Assembly (NCBI RefSeq): GCF_018861315.1
Contig: NZ_JAHLDL010000001.1
Span: forward strand, 31,923-63,922
Direction: 5' to 3'
DNA length: 32,000 bases
Source: Clostridium bowmanii
Lineage (GTDB): Bacteria > Bacillota > Clostridia > Clostridiales > Clostridiaceae
This document shows, piece after piece, positions 1 to 9,309 of the stretch. Under the pieces are notes generated by a model, which saw only the letters and a list, made by a program, of their open reading frames with translations, did not search any database and was not told the origin of the DNA. The translations under genes were made by a program, and so were the position numbers. Within the stretch, counting starts at the first letter, position 1; every line of letters begins with the position of its first letter.

Positions 1-248
1 TTGCAGCAATTATAATAGCCTTAGAACTATTTGGGCACTCTACAGGTATATATACATCTATAGCCTGCGTAGTTGCATATTTGATTATGGGACATACGAG
101 TATTTATCCAACACAAATTCTTGTAACAAGTAAGACTCCATCAATTAAATATGATGTGAACAAAGAAATTAGTAATTCTAGAAGTAAGGATGTTGTCTTA
201 AAATATGGTTTTCAGAAAAAATTGTTTGGTGATAAATATAAGGATTAA
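1..248 (+). CDS. ClC-type chloride channel / H+-Cl- antiporter family protein, C-terminal part (5' end outside window)
   Basis: Open in frame 3 from the window edge to TAA at 246-248: AAIIIALELFGHSTGIYTSIACVVAYLIMGHTSIYPTQILVTSKTPS..., resembling the ClC C-terminal transmembrane segment. Confidence 0.7.
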   Translation, partial: AAIIIALELFGHSTGIYTSIACVVAYLIMGHTSIYPTQILVTSKTPSIKYDVNKEISNSRSKDVVLKYGFQKKLFGDKYKD

Positions 249-446
249 TTATTATAAATCTATTATAATATAATAACAATAACCTATAAATTCCATTAAA
301 TTATGGACAATATATTTTAATGGAAATTATAAGTTCTTGCAATGTATACGATTATCTTTTATATTTATTATAAGACATACATATGTTTATTATAAATAAC
401 TTTTAAAATGTTAAATATAACATATATAAATAAGGAGGAATTTAAA

Positions 447-2438
447 TTGAGTAAAATTGAACAACTAACCGTAGATACTATAAGAGTTCTATCCGCCGAG
501 GCAATACAAAAATCAAATTCAGGACACCCAGGGCTTCCCCTTGGAGTTGCACCTATGGCTTACACCTTATGGTCAAAGCATATGAAACATAACCCTAAAA
601 ATTCAAAATGGCAGGATAGAGACAGATTTGTACTATCCGCAGGACATGGATCAATGCTTGAATATTCACTTCTCCATCTTTTTGGATATGGTTTAACTAT
701 TGAAGATATAAAAAATTTCAGACAATTTGGAAGCTTAACACCTGGTCATCCTGAGTATGGTCATACAAGAGGTGTTGAAGTTACTACAGGGCCTCTAGGT
801 CAGGGGATTGCTAATGCAGTAGGTATGGCAATAGCTGAAAGTCATCTTGCCGCAAAATTCAATACAAGTGAACATGCTATTGTAAATCATTATACATATG
901 CTATATGTGGTGATGGAGATAATATGGAAGGTATTTCTGGAGAAGCAGCATCCCTAGCAGGTACTTTAGGACTTTCTAAGCTTATTGTAATGTATGATTC
1001 AAATGCAATATCTATAGAAGGAAGTACAGATATTGCATTTACAGAAGACGTAGGCATGCGATTTACTGCCTATGGATGGCAGGTTTTATATGTAGAAGAT
1101 GGCAATGATATGGAAGCGATAAGTAATGCCCTTGAAACTGCAAAACTTGAACTTAATAAACCTTCCTTTATTGTGGTAAAAACTATTATAGGATTTGGTT
1201 GTGCTAAAAAACAAGGTACTGCATCAGCACATGGTGAACCTCTTGGAGAAGATAATATATTAGATATGAAAAAATGCTTAGGCTGTAGTGAAGAACCTTT
1301 TACTGTTCCAACTGAAGTAATTAATCATATGGAAAATGTAAAATCAGACCTTGCAAAACAAGAAGATGCTTGGAACACACTTTACACTCAATATAAAGAA
1401 AAGAATCCTGAGCTTGCTAGTGAATACGACGCATGGCAAAACGGAGAACTTTCTACAGATTTACTTAAGGTAGAAGAAATGTGGAAGTTTGAAGGTAAAG
1501 CCGCAACAAGAAACTCATCTGGAGCTATAATAAATATATTAGCAAAATATGTACCAAACCTTATAGGTGGATCAGCAGATCTTGCTCCATCTAACAAAAC
1601 ATATATGAAAGGCATGGGTGATTTTTCAAGGGAAGATAGAAACGGATCTAATCTTCATTTTGGTGTAAGAGAACATGCAATGGCAGCTATTGCAAATGGC
1701 ATCTATGTACATGGTGGTCTTAAACCTTTTGTTTCAACTTTCTTTGTATTTAGTGATTATATGAAGGGCGCTATGAGATTATCTGCTCTTATGGGTCTTC
1801 CCGTAACTTATGTTTTAACTCACGATAGTATCGCAGTTGGTGAAGATGGGCCGACTCATGAACCAATTGAACATCTTGCAGCACTTAGGGCTCTACCAAA
1901 CTTTAATGTATTTAGACCAGCTGATTCTAAAGAAACAGCAGTTGGATGGTATGCTGCAATGACTTCAAAGACAACACCTACGGCATTAATACTTACAAGG
2001 CAAAATCTTCCTTTATATGAAGAGACCTCAACAGAAGCCTTAAAGGGTGCCTATGTATTAAAAACCTATGAAGATGCAGGTAAAAACCCTGATATTATTT
2101 TAATGGCTTCTGGTTCTGAAGTAGAATACATTTATGAAGGCGCTAAAGTATTAAATGAAAAAGGTATAAAGGCTAGAGTAGTAAGCATGCCTTGTTTAGA
2201 TTTATTTGAAGCACAATCAGATGAATATAAGGAATCTATATTACCAAAAGATCTAAGAGTTAGATTGGCAGTAGAAGCAGCTTCTTCCTTAGGTTGGCAT
2301 AAATATGTTGGTCTAGACGGTGATATAATTTCTATAGATAGATTTGGAGCTTCTGCTCCAGCAGATACACTATTCAAAGAGTTTGGATTTACAACAGAAA
2401 ATGTTGTTGATAAAGCACTTAAACTTCTGAACAAGTAA
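447..2438 (+). CDS. tkt: Transketolase
   Basis: Long ORF with TPP-enzyme motifs (NSGHPGLPLGVAPMAYTLW, GHTRGVEVTTGPLGQG, CGDGDNMEGISGEA, FGVREHAM, HDSIAVGEDGPTHEP). RBS taaggaggaa upstream of TTG 447; the ORF-track start at 408 lies upstream of this RBS. Confidence 0.97.
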   Translation: MSKIEQLTVDTIRVLSAEAIQKSNSGHPGLPLGVAPMAYTLWSKHMKHNPKNSKWQDRDRFVLSAGHGSMLEYSLLHLFGYGLTIEDIKNFRQFGSLTPGHPEYGHTRGVEVTTGPLGQGIANAVGMAIAESHLAAKFNTSEHAIVNHYTYAICGDGDNMEGISGEAASLAGTLGLSKLIVMYDSNAISIEGSTDIAFTEDVGMRFTAYGWQVLYVEDGNDMEAISNALETAKLELNKPSFIVVKTIIGFGCAKKQGTASAHGEPLGEDNILDMKKCLGCSEEPFTVPTEVINHMENVKSDLAKQEDAWNTLYTQYKEKNPELASEYDAWQNGELSTDLLKVEEMWKFEGKAATRNSSGAIINILAKYVPNLIGGSADLAPSNKTYMKGMGDFSREDRNGSNLHFGVREHAMAAIANGIYVHGGLKPFVSTFFVFSDYMKGAMRLSALMGLPVTYVLTHDSIAVGEDGPTHEPIEHLAALRALPNFNVFRPADSKETAVGWYAAMTSKTTPTALILTRQNLPLYEETSTEALKGAYVLKTYEDAGKNPDIILMASGSEVEYIYEGAKVLNEKGIKARVVSMPCLDLFEAQSDEYKESILPKDLRVRLAVEAASSLGWHKYVGLDGDIISIDRFGASAPADTLFKEFGFTTENVVDKALKLLNK

Positions 2439-2487
2439 GAGAACGGTGCCCCCCAAGTGCAAGTGGCATCTTCATGAATAATTTTTT

Positions 2488-2532
2488 AAATAAGATGACC
2501 TATTCAGTATGCTGAATAGGTCATCTTTATTT
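2488..2532. terminator. Rho-independent, probably bidirectional terminator after tkt
   Basis: AAATAAGATGACCTATTCAG-TATG-CTGAATAGGTCATCTTTATTT, about 20-bp stem with T-rich flank. Confidence 0.85.
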
Positions 2533-2559
2533 ATTTTCTACATGAGTTTTTTATTATTT

Positions 2560-3165
2560 TTACTCCATTTTCCAATTTTCTAATAAGTAGTTTTCTGCCT
2601 CTTCACACCAAAGACCCTTCTCAATGGAATATGCAAGGGCAGCAACCATTGAGTCACCTGCTCCTACTGTACTTTTCACATCTACTTTAAGTCCATGTGC
2701 ATATATGGTATTTTCCTTAGTTATAAAAATTGCTCACTGGCCTCCTAAAGATACCGCTAAAATAATGATGCCATATTCCAGCAAACCTTTTGCTTTAGTA
2801 ATCCAATTACCATAGATCTTCTTATCCACGTTGCTAGGCACGCTTCCTGACATAATTAGTATATCTTCACTGTTTATATTGTTAAAAATTTTATCACTTA
2901 ATTCATTTAAGTCTTTTAAACTTGCTTGTGGACCAGCTTCATTAATATCTGTATTAGTGTGATTGTGCATGTCTACAACCTTTATATTTGTTCTTGTTTC
3001 TCCCTTTGTAAAAATAAAGTCATTTAGAATCTTTATATCATCCAAATATTCTTTTATGAACTGACCCGGTTTACCAGAAACAATCCCCATTGCTTTACTT
3101 TCAGAACCCAAATTTTTTATTACTTTTGATACATTAATTCCTTTTCCACCAGCATCGATTCTTAT
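2560..3165 (-). pseudogene. Degraded 1-phosphofructokinase / PfkB-family sugar kinase
   Basis: Minus strand reads ...DAGGKGINVSKVIKNLGSESKAMGIVSG...ILIMSGSVPSNV...VSLGGQ*AIFITKENTIYAHGLKVDVKSTVGAGDSMVAALAYS...; in-frame TGA where the family has G, N-terminal segment missing and C-terminus diverged. Confidence 0.85.
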
Positions 3166-3479
3166 GGGTTACTAACTCACGGCTAAATGGATGAGCTCAT
3201 CTTTAATATATATACAGCTAAAGTTACTAACTACCAATGTATTAAGTCAACTGTTTTAAATCTAGTTTTTAGCTGTAACTATATTTAATTCAGTTCACTT
3301 AATACACCATTTTTTGATATTCACAAATTAGACACCTCTAATTTTCCATAGATTAAATTCTATGGTTTTTGCTTTATAATTAATAATTAATAATTAATCC
3401 TAATTACTAATTCAAAAATAATTACTCTTAACACTTTATTTATTAGGCCAATTATGGTATTATGTATGTGGATTATTAA

Positions 3480-3668
<189 letters not shown>

Positions 3669-3691
3669 TTAAGAACATATTTCACATAATT

Positions 3692-3731
3692 AAAATATAA
3701 GCTACTGACTTTGTCAGTAGCTTATATTTTT
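3692..3731. terminator. Terminator between ferredoxin and convergent yitT gene
   Basis: AATATAAGCTACTGAC-TTT-GTCAGTAGCTTATATTTTTC. Confidence 0.85.
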
Positions 3732-4598
3732 CTAATCATTTATATCTTTAAATCCCTCTCCTAAAATTTCATGTACGTTATATGAGATTATAAATGCTTT
3801 TTTATCAATTTCTTTTATAAAAATCTTTAATTTTATAAATTCTTTTTTATCTAAGACGGTAGTTATAATTTCTTTTTCCTCATTAGTATATGCTCCTTTA
3901 GCAGTATATAAAGTGGCTCCCCTACTTAGCTCTTCAATAATATACTTTTTTATATCTTCGCCTCTTGTGCTAACAACTTCAATTTTTTTGCAAATATTCA
4001 TTCCTGCAATAACTGCATCTATAGTAAATCCATTGATAATAACTCCAAGCAATGCATACATTCCAATTTTAGGTCCAAAGGCAATACCCGCGAAAATAGT
4101 TACAAAAAAATCAGCTAAAAGTAAAGCTTTGCCTATATCTAAGTGAAAATACTTATAAAGTATTTTGGCTATGATATCAGTCCCTCCTGTGGATGCATTC
4201 TGGTTAAACACCATGCCCATGCCTACTGCTCCAATTAATATTCCAAAGATTAGTTCCAGAAATAAATCGTTTGTAATACTACCGCTCATTGGGTAAATTT
4301 TCTCTAATCCCCATATCATACCAGATAATCCCAAACTAGAATAAATTGTCTTAACTCCAAAGCTAGATCCTATAAATATAAAGCCTATAACAAATAGAAT
4401 TACATTTAATATTAACATTATAGCTCCAATAGAAAGACTTGGCACATACAAATTTATAATCATTGCAAGGCCACTAACTCCACCTACGGCTAAATTATTG
4501 GGCACTAAAAAGAAATAAACTCCAGCAGCTACTAGTGCTAACCCAATAGTTATTAAGACATATTCTTTAATAACTTTACTCATGCTACTCTCCTCCAT
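3732..4598 (-). CDS. YitT family integral membrane protein (copy 1)
   Basis: GGVSGLAMIINLYVPSLSIGAIMLILNVILFVIGF..., GGTDIIAKILYKYF and C-terminal DUF2179-like region. Real start is probably the internal MSKVIKEYV. Confidence 0.88.
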   Translation of the reverse strand: MEESSMSKVIKEYVLITIGLALVAAGVYFFLVPNNLAVGGVSGLAMIINLYVPSLSIGAIMLILNVILFVIGFIFIGSSFGVKTIYSSLGLSGMIWGLEKIYPMSGSITNDLFLELIFGILIGAVGMGMVFNQNASTGGTDIIAKILYKYFHLDIGKALLLADFFVTIFAGIAFGPKIGMYALLGVIINGFTIDAVIAGMNICKKIEVVSTRGEDIKKYIIEELSRGATLYTAKGAYTNEEKEIITTVLDKKEFIKLKIFIKEIDKKAFIISYNVHEILGEGFKDIND

Positions 4599-4690
4599 TA
4601 TTTTAACTATTCATTACTATAACAATTTTAATATTAATTTATAAACATGAAGATTCAAGTATGTAAGAATGTGGCAAATAGTATATATTG

Positions 4691-4893
4691 AGTTTTATAG
4701 GCTCTTAGTTTATGTAGTGAAAAATCACAGTAAGGAGCCAAGGAAGGGCTGCTAGCACTTCTGAGACAGGATGCCCAATAAGTGCGGTAGGTGATTTTTC
4801 ATGGAATAAACTTAGAGCCTATTAACGAATGCTCTACTATCAACCCTTCTGCATTCCTTACAGGCACTAAACAATTATTAATTGTTTAGCATC
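4691..4893 (+). ncRNA. Candidate structured non-coding RNA with long coaxial stems and a pseudoknot; class not certain (raiA-type RNA suspected)
   Basis: Manual folding: stem 4697-4713/4806-4822 (17 bp, one mismatch), stem 4717-4728/4791-4802 (12 bp, one G-U), interleaved GGGC 4746-4749/GCCC 4773-4776 and GCACTT 4755-4760/AAGTGC 4780-4785, 3' hairpin GAATGC 4827-4832/GCATTC 4851-4856 whose loop CCCTTC 4844-4849 complements GAAGGG 4743-4748. Compositionally distinct from the flanks and ORF-free. Plus strand preferred but not proven. Confidence 0.65.
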
Positions 4894-4936
4894 CTACATA
4901 TTGTACCTTCATTGAATACTTAAAATAGTAGCTTTA

Positions 4937-6328
4937 TTAAAACTCAGCACTGCCAGTTGTTCTTGGAAATGGAATAACGTCTCTGATGTTGCTCATTCCT
5001 GTAATATACATAATAGCCCTTTCAAATCCTAATCCAAATCCAGCATGTTTAGTTCCGCCGTATTTTCTTAGCTCTAAATACCACCAGTAATCTTCTTTGT
5101 CAAGACCACATTCTTCCATCCTAGATTCTAAGATGTCTTGTCTTTCTTCTCTTTGACTTCCACCAATAATTTCTCCTATTCCTGGTACAAGTAAGTCCAT
5201 GGCAGCAACTGTTTTATTGTCCTCATTTATTCTCATATAGAAAGATTTTATCTCTTTTGGATAGTCAGTTACAAATAATGGTTTATTATAAACTTCTTCT
5301 GTTAAGTATCTTTCATGCTCAGTTTGAAGGTCGCAGCCCCATGTTACTGGATACTGAAATTCCTTGCCTGATTTTTGTAAAATATCTACAGCTTCAGTGT
5401 ATGTTACCCTGCCAAAATCTGCATTTACAACATTATTTAATCTTTCAATTAAGCCCTTGTCTACAAAACTGTTGAAAAACTCCATTTCTTCTGGAGCATT
5501 TTCCATAACATATTTAATAATATATTTCATCATATCTTCTGCTAGTTGCATATCATCTTTTAGATCTGCAAAAGCTATTTCAGGCTCTATCATCCAAAAT
5601 TCAGCTGCATGTCTTGCGGTATTAGAATTTTCCGCTCTAAATGTTGGTCCAAAAGTGTAAACACTTCTAAATGCTAGTGCAAATGCCTCTGCTGCCAGCT
5701 GTCCGCTTACAGTTAAGCTAGTTTCTTTACCAAAAAAGTCTTGCGTAAAATCAACTTTTTTGTCTTTATCCATAGGCATGTCATTTACATCAAGGGTAGA
5801 TATTCTAAACATTTCACCTGCACCTTCACAATCACTACCAGTAATTATTGGAGTATGAGTATATACAAAGTTTCTCTTTTGAAAAAATTCATGTATAGCA
5901 AAAGCAGTTAGTGACCTTACTCTAAATACTGCTGAAAAAGCATTACTTCTTGGTCTAAGATGTGCAATAGTTCTTAAATACTCAAAAGAGTGCCTTTTCT
6001 TTTGCAATGGATAGTCAGTGTCTGACATTCCTTCTAAAACTATTTTAGTAGCTTTAAGCTCAAATGGTTGCTTAGCTCCTGGTGTTACAACTAGTGTGCC
6101 TTCTATAGTCAAAGAAGAGCTTATAGGTAGCTTAGATATTTCTGAAAAATTCTCTAACCCTTCCTCAAAAACTACTTGAATATTTTTAAAGAAACTTCCA
6201 TCATTAACTTCTATAAATCCAAATGCTTTAGATGCTCTTAAAGTTCTTATCCATCCTGAAATAGATATGTCGCAGTCTTGATACTTTTCTTTTTCTCTGT
6301 AAATTTGTTTTACTAACAATTTTTCCAT
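4937..6328 (-). CDS. asnS: Asparaginyl-tRNA synthetase
   Basis: Class IIb aaRS motifs ([55 protein letters not shown]) plus an OB-fold N-terminus. Confidence 0.97.
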   Translation of the reverse strand: MEKLLVKQIYREKEKYQDCDISISGWIRTLRASKAFGFIEVNDGSFFKNIQVVFEEGLENFSEISKLPISSSLTIEGTLVVTPGAKQPFELKATKIVLEGMSDTDYPLQKKRHSFEYLRTIAHLRPRSNAFSAVFRVRSLTAFAIHEFFQKRNFVYTHTPIITGSDCEGAGEMFRISTLDVNDMPMDKDKKVDFTQDFFGKETSLTVSGQLAAEAFALAFRSVYTFGPTFRAENSNTARHAAEFWMIEPEIAFADLKDDMQLAEDMMKYIIKYVMENAPEEMEFFNSFVDKGLIERLNNVVNADFGRVTYTEAVDILQKSGKEFQYPVTWGCDLQTEHERYLTEEVYNKPLFVTDYPKEIKSFYMRINEDNKTVAAMDLLVPGIGEIIGGSQREERQDILESRMEECGLDKEDYWWYLELRKYGGTKHAGFGLGFERAIMYITGMSNIRDVIPFPRTTGSAEF

Positions 6329-6364
6329 AAAATTGCCCTCCTTATATTTTTATACTTTTTTAGA

Positions 6365-6665
6365 TAATAAAAAAAGCCCTTCCTCCCTTAATAAATAAAG
6401 GGACGAAAGGCTATAATTTCGCGATACCACCCAATTTGTCATAAAATATGACCACTCTATTCAATACAGAATTATAAAATCCATGATGTGAATTATAATT
6501 CGATAATGACCAACAATTAACGGATTGGACCCGTCTAAGCCTACTCTCTTGTAGATTTCGGTTAGAAACTCTGAGATGTTCTTCAATATAAACCTCGTAT
6601 TGGTCTTTCACCACCACCAACTCGCTATGACTACCTTTTATATTTACTCTTCTCTTCACAGTATT
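6365..6665 (-). promoter_or_regulatory. T-box leader of asnS
   Basis: Minus strand has TTGGGTGGTATCGCG (T-box motif variant) followed by AGCCTTTCGTCCCTT...AAGGGAGGAAGGGCTTTTTTTATT (terminator). Upstream TTTCTAACCGAAATC contains an AAC (Asn) specifier candidate at 6561-6563. Confidence 0.93.
6369..6413 (-). terminator. Regulated terminator of the T-box leader
   Basis: AGCCTTTCGTCCCTT / AAGGGAGGAAGGGCT + T-run on minus strand; overlaps the antiterminator sequence. Confidence 0.85.
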
Positions 6666-6760
6666 TATATGTGAAAATTATAATAATTAGTATTTGCACT
6701 AATTAATTTTTATATTCTAATTTAGATTATAATATTTATAATAATAATTGTCAAATTTTT

Positions 6761-7516
6761 TTATAACTTACTCGCCATTATTGCCGCCCCTATAGACCCT
6801 GCATATCGTCCCAATGCATTTGTAGTAACTTCTTTTCCTAATTTTTCTGATAGACTGCTTAAAATATAATCATTCCCCGATAAGCCCCCTGTAAAGAAAA
6901 TAATTAAACCCTACAGAGTGTTTTCCACATAAGGAGCTAACTTTACTGACTATTGAATCAACAATAGCAAACGCTATATCTTCTTTTTTCTCTCCCCTGC
7001 CTATAAGACTAATAACTTCAGATTCAGCAAACACAGTACACCTTGAGCTTATTGTAATTCCACTGCCCTTAGCTGCTAAATTACAAAGTGAATCTATATC
7101 CATGCCTAGCGCATTAGACATAATTTCTAGAAACCTGCCAGTGCCTGCAGAGCATTTATCATTCATAATAAAATCCGTTATCATACCATTTTCTACACAA
7201 TAACTTTTGTATCTTGTCCACCTATATCAATCACAGTACAGTCAGAGCACAATAAATAGTTGGCACCCTTACCATGACAAGTTATTTCTGTTATAGTTTT
7301 ATCTGCATAAGGCACAGATACTCTTCCATGCCCTGTTGCTACAACCTTTGAATTTTCATTATTTATTCCTAATAAATTCAATTTATCTTTGATAGTATTA
7401 GCAGTTTCAACACTGCTCCATCCTGTAGGCATTACAAAGTACTTTTCTAACTTATCGCCCTTAAATACTGCTACTTTAGCTGCTGTCGAACCAATGTCTA
7501 TTCCTATGTAAAACAT
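6761..7516 (-). pseudogene. BcrAD/BadFG-type ATPase (2-hydroxyacyl-CoA dehydratase activator-like), frameshifted
   Basis: Three blocks in different frames: MFYIGIDIGSTAAKVAVFKGD...VIDIGGQDTKVI / VENGMITDFIMNDKCSAGTGRFLEIMSNALG... / IFFTGGLSGNDYILSSLSEKLGKEVTTNALGRYAGSIGAAIMASKL*. Disruptions near 7185-7193 and 6900-6925. Confidence 0.88.
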
Positions 7517-7655
7517 ATTTTTATCTCCTTATATTATATGTATTTTAACTATATCTTTAATTATAATACATTTAAGCTGAAATCCTCAAATTATTTTTCT
7601 ATTCATTAACTTTAAAGAATAAATATTTCGTAACCATGATATCATATTATATTTA

Positions 7656-7702
7656 AAATGAAAGAACAACTATTAGTAATTTAATAGTTGTTCTTTCATT
7701 TC
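7656..7702. terminator. Strong terminator-like hairpin
   Basis: AAATGAAAGAACAACTATTA ... TAATAGTTGTTCTTTCATTT, about 20-bp stem. Confidence 0.8.
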
Positions 7703-7753
7703 CTATCTTAAGCTTCCATATCCTATCTTGATTATCTAACCTTTGATGGACCA

Positions 7754-7999
7754 TTAATCAAAATCTTCGTATTCATCTTCTTCTTCATATTCGTCTTCAA
7801 CTATTTCACCAATAACTGAATCTCTCTTAGCAATTTCTCCAGTAACCTTATTTTCAACAATAATGTTAGATTTTACACATCCATCTTCTTCACTTATAAA
7901 AGTTCTTGCTGTAATATCACCCTTTTCTAAAGCTACTCCCTGTGTAAGTTTTTCTGGATGATCAAATGTAATAGGCTTATTATCTAATCTATCACTCAT
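7754..7999 (-). CDS. Small acidic protein of unknown function (81 aa)
   Basis: MSDRLDNKPITFDHPEKLTQGVALEKGD...EIVEDEYEEEDEYEDFD; plausible RBS (minus-strand aaaggaag) before ATG, followed downstream by the terminator at 7656-7702. Confidence 0.75.
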   Translation of the reverse strand: MSDRLDNKPITFDHPEKLTQGVALEKGDITARTFISEEDGCVKSNIIVENKVTGEIAKRDSVIGEIVEDEYEEEDEYEDFD

Positions 8000-8134
8000 T
8001 GTATACTCACTTCCTTTCTAAATCTATTTTGTGCAGGAAGTCATCCAAATATACTTTGAAAATGTTGCCTAATTTACATTTTTCTAAAGTTAAAAAAGCT
8101 CAAAAAATTTATAATTGATTATACCTTAACCATT

Positions 8135-8998
8135 TTATTCTGTAAATCCTTCTCCTAATACCTCTCTAACATCTGCAATAGTGATAAATGCTTTAGTATC
8201 TATATCTTTAACCATTTTTTGCAGAGGCACCAATTGATTTTTACCAACTACTACAAATAGCACCTGTTTTTCTCCCTTTGTATACATACCAGTACCATTT
8301 ATTCCAGTAACTCCTCTTTTTAGGTCCCTCAATAATGCTTCCGCTATTTCCTTAGAATTATCTGAAATAATAAATACCGCTTTAGAAAAATTTATTCCTT
8401 CAAGTATGCTATCTATAACTTTTGAAACTATGTATACTGATATAAGTGCATACATAGCTTTTTCAATTCCAAATACAAAAGCACCTATTATTATTATAGT
8501 TGAATCAATTACTAATATAATTTTAGCTATTGGAACATTCTTTAAATAAACTTTTATTATATTTGCAGCTAAATCGGTACCACCAGTGCTAGCAGATGCT
8601 CTTAATACAAAGCCTAATCCTATTCCAACGAACACCCCACCAAATATACTTGATAACAAAAAATCGACCTCTGGTGCTGGTATAAAGCTTGTATAAAACA
8701 ATGCAAAAGATAAATAGGCTGCAGCAAACACAGATTTGCCTACAAATTTTCTTCCCTTAAGTTTTATAGCAATAGCTAGCAATGGTATATTAACTACAAT
8801 ATTAGTAAGCCATAAGGGTATTCCTGTTCCATAGTGTTTTTCGGTAATATATTGAATTATAATGGCAAGACCTGATAATCCACCTGTCACTAATCTTATT
8901 TTCGCCAAAAACATATTTACCCCTGCTGCAAGTATTGTACTTCCAATAATAATATAAATATAATTTAAAATATTTTCATTTTTAGTATCTATTCTCAT
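8135..8998 (-). CDS. YitT family integral membrane protein (copy 2)
   Basis: MFLAKIRLVTGGLSGLAIIIQYITEKHYGTGIPLWLTNIVVNIPLLAIAIKLKG..., ASTGGTDLAANIIKVYL. Confidence 0.9.
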   Translation of the reverse strand: MRIDTKNENILNYIYIIIGSTILAAGVNMFLAKIRLVTGGLSGLAIIIQYITEKHYGTGIPLWLTNIVVNIPLLAIAIKLKGRKFVGKSVFAAAYLSFALFYTSFIPAPEVDFLLSSIFGGVFVGIGLGFVLRASASTGGTDLAANIIKVYLKNVPIAKIILVIDSTIIIIGAFVFGIEKAMYALISVYIVSKVIDSILEGINFSKAVFIISDNSKEIAEALLRDLKRGVTGINGTGMYTKGEKQVLFVVVGKNQLVPLQKMVKDIDTKAFITIADVREVLGEGFTE

Positions 8999-9174
8999 TT
9001 GCTTTATCCTACCTTCTAATTTTTAATCAAGCCCATTTTTAATCAATAAAATTTAATCAAACTAATTTCCCCTCAATAAAGTTATCACAATTATTGTATT
9101 ATGTAAATATAAAGCTTGCTCATATTTAGAAGTTTTTAATATCTTTGTTAACTATAGCATATTTTACTCCATTT

Positions 9175-9237
9175 AAAAAACACCACTTGCAATATTAATT
9201 TAGGGGGACTAAAAATACTGCATGTGGTGTTTTTTTA
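9175..9237. terminator. Terminator-like inverted repeat
   Basis: AAAAAACACCACTTGCA ... TGCATGTGGTGTTTTTTT. Confidence 0.75.
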
Positions 9238-9309
9238 TTTGGTTATTTAAAGGATTAACATAAATGACTATATTTATTCAAATATTTAAAAAATATTTGA
9301 AAAATATTT

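Noticed and set aside
1388-2434. Minus-strand ORFs 1388..1615 and 2132..2434
   Set aside because: Antisense to the clearly coding transketolase gene; low-complexity/implausible products.
2439-2475. GC-rich GGTGCCCCCCAAGTGCAAGTGGCATC just after tkt
   Set aside because: No convincing hairpin or motif; the real terminator is at 2488-2532.
2624-2815. Plus-strand 63-aa ORF
   Set aside because: Antisense to the PfkB relic, whose family motifs are readable on the minus strand.
3361-3420. TAATTAATAATTAATAATTAATCC short tandem-like AT repeats
   Set aside because: Low-complexity AT sequence common upstream of promoters in this genome type; not a CRISPR or meaningful repeat array.
6411-6659. 82-aa minus-strand ORF in the track
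   Set aside because: It lies entirely within the asnS T-box leader (specifier region, T-box motif, terminator); no protein similarity recognised.
3732-8998. Two YitT paralogues as a possible tandem system
   Set aside because: They are about 4 kb apart with unrelated genes between, and multiple YitT copies are common in Firmicutes; no evidence of a joint system.
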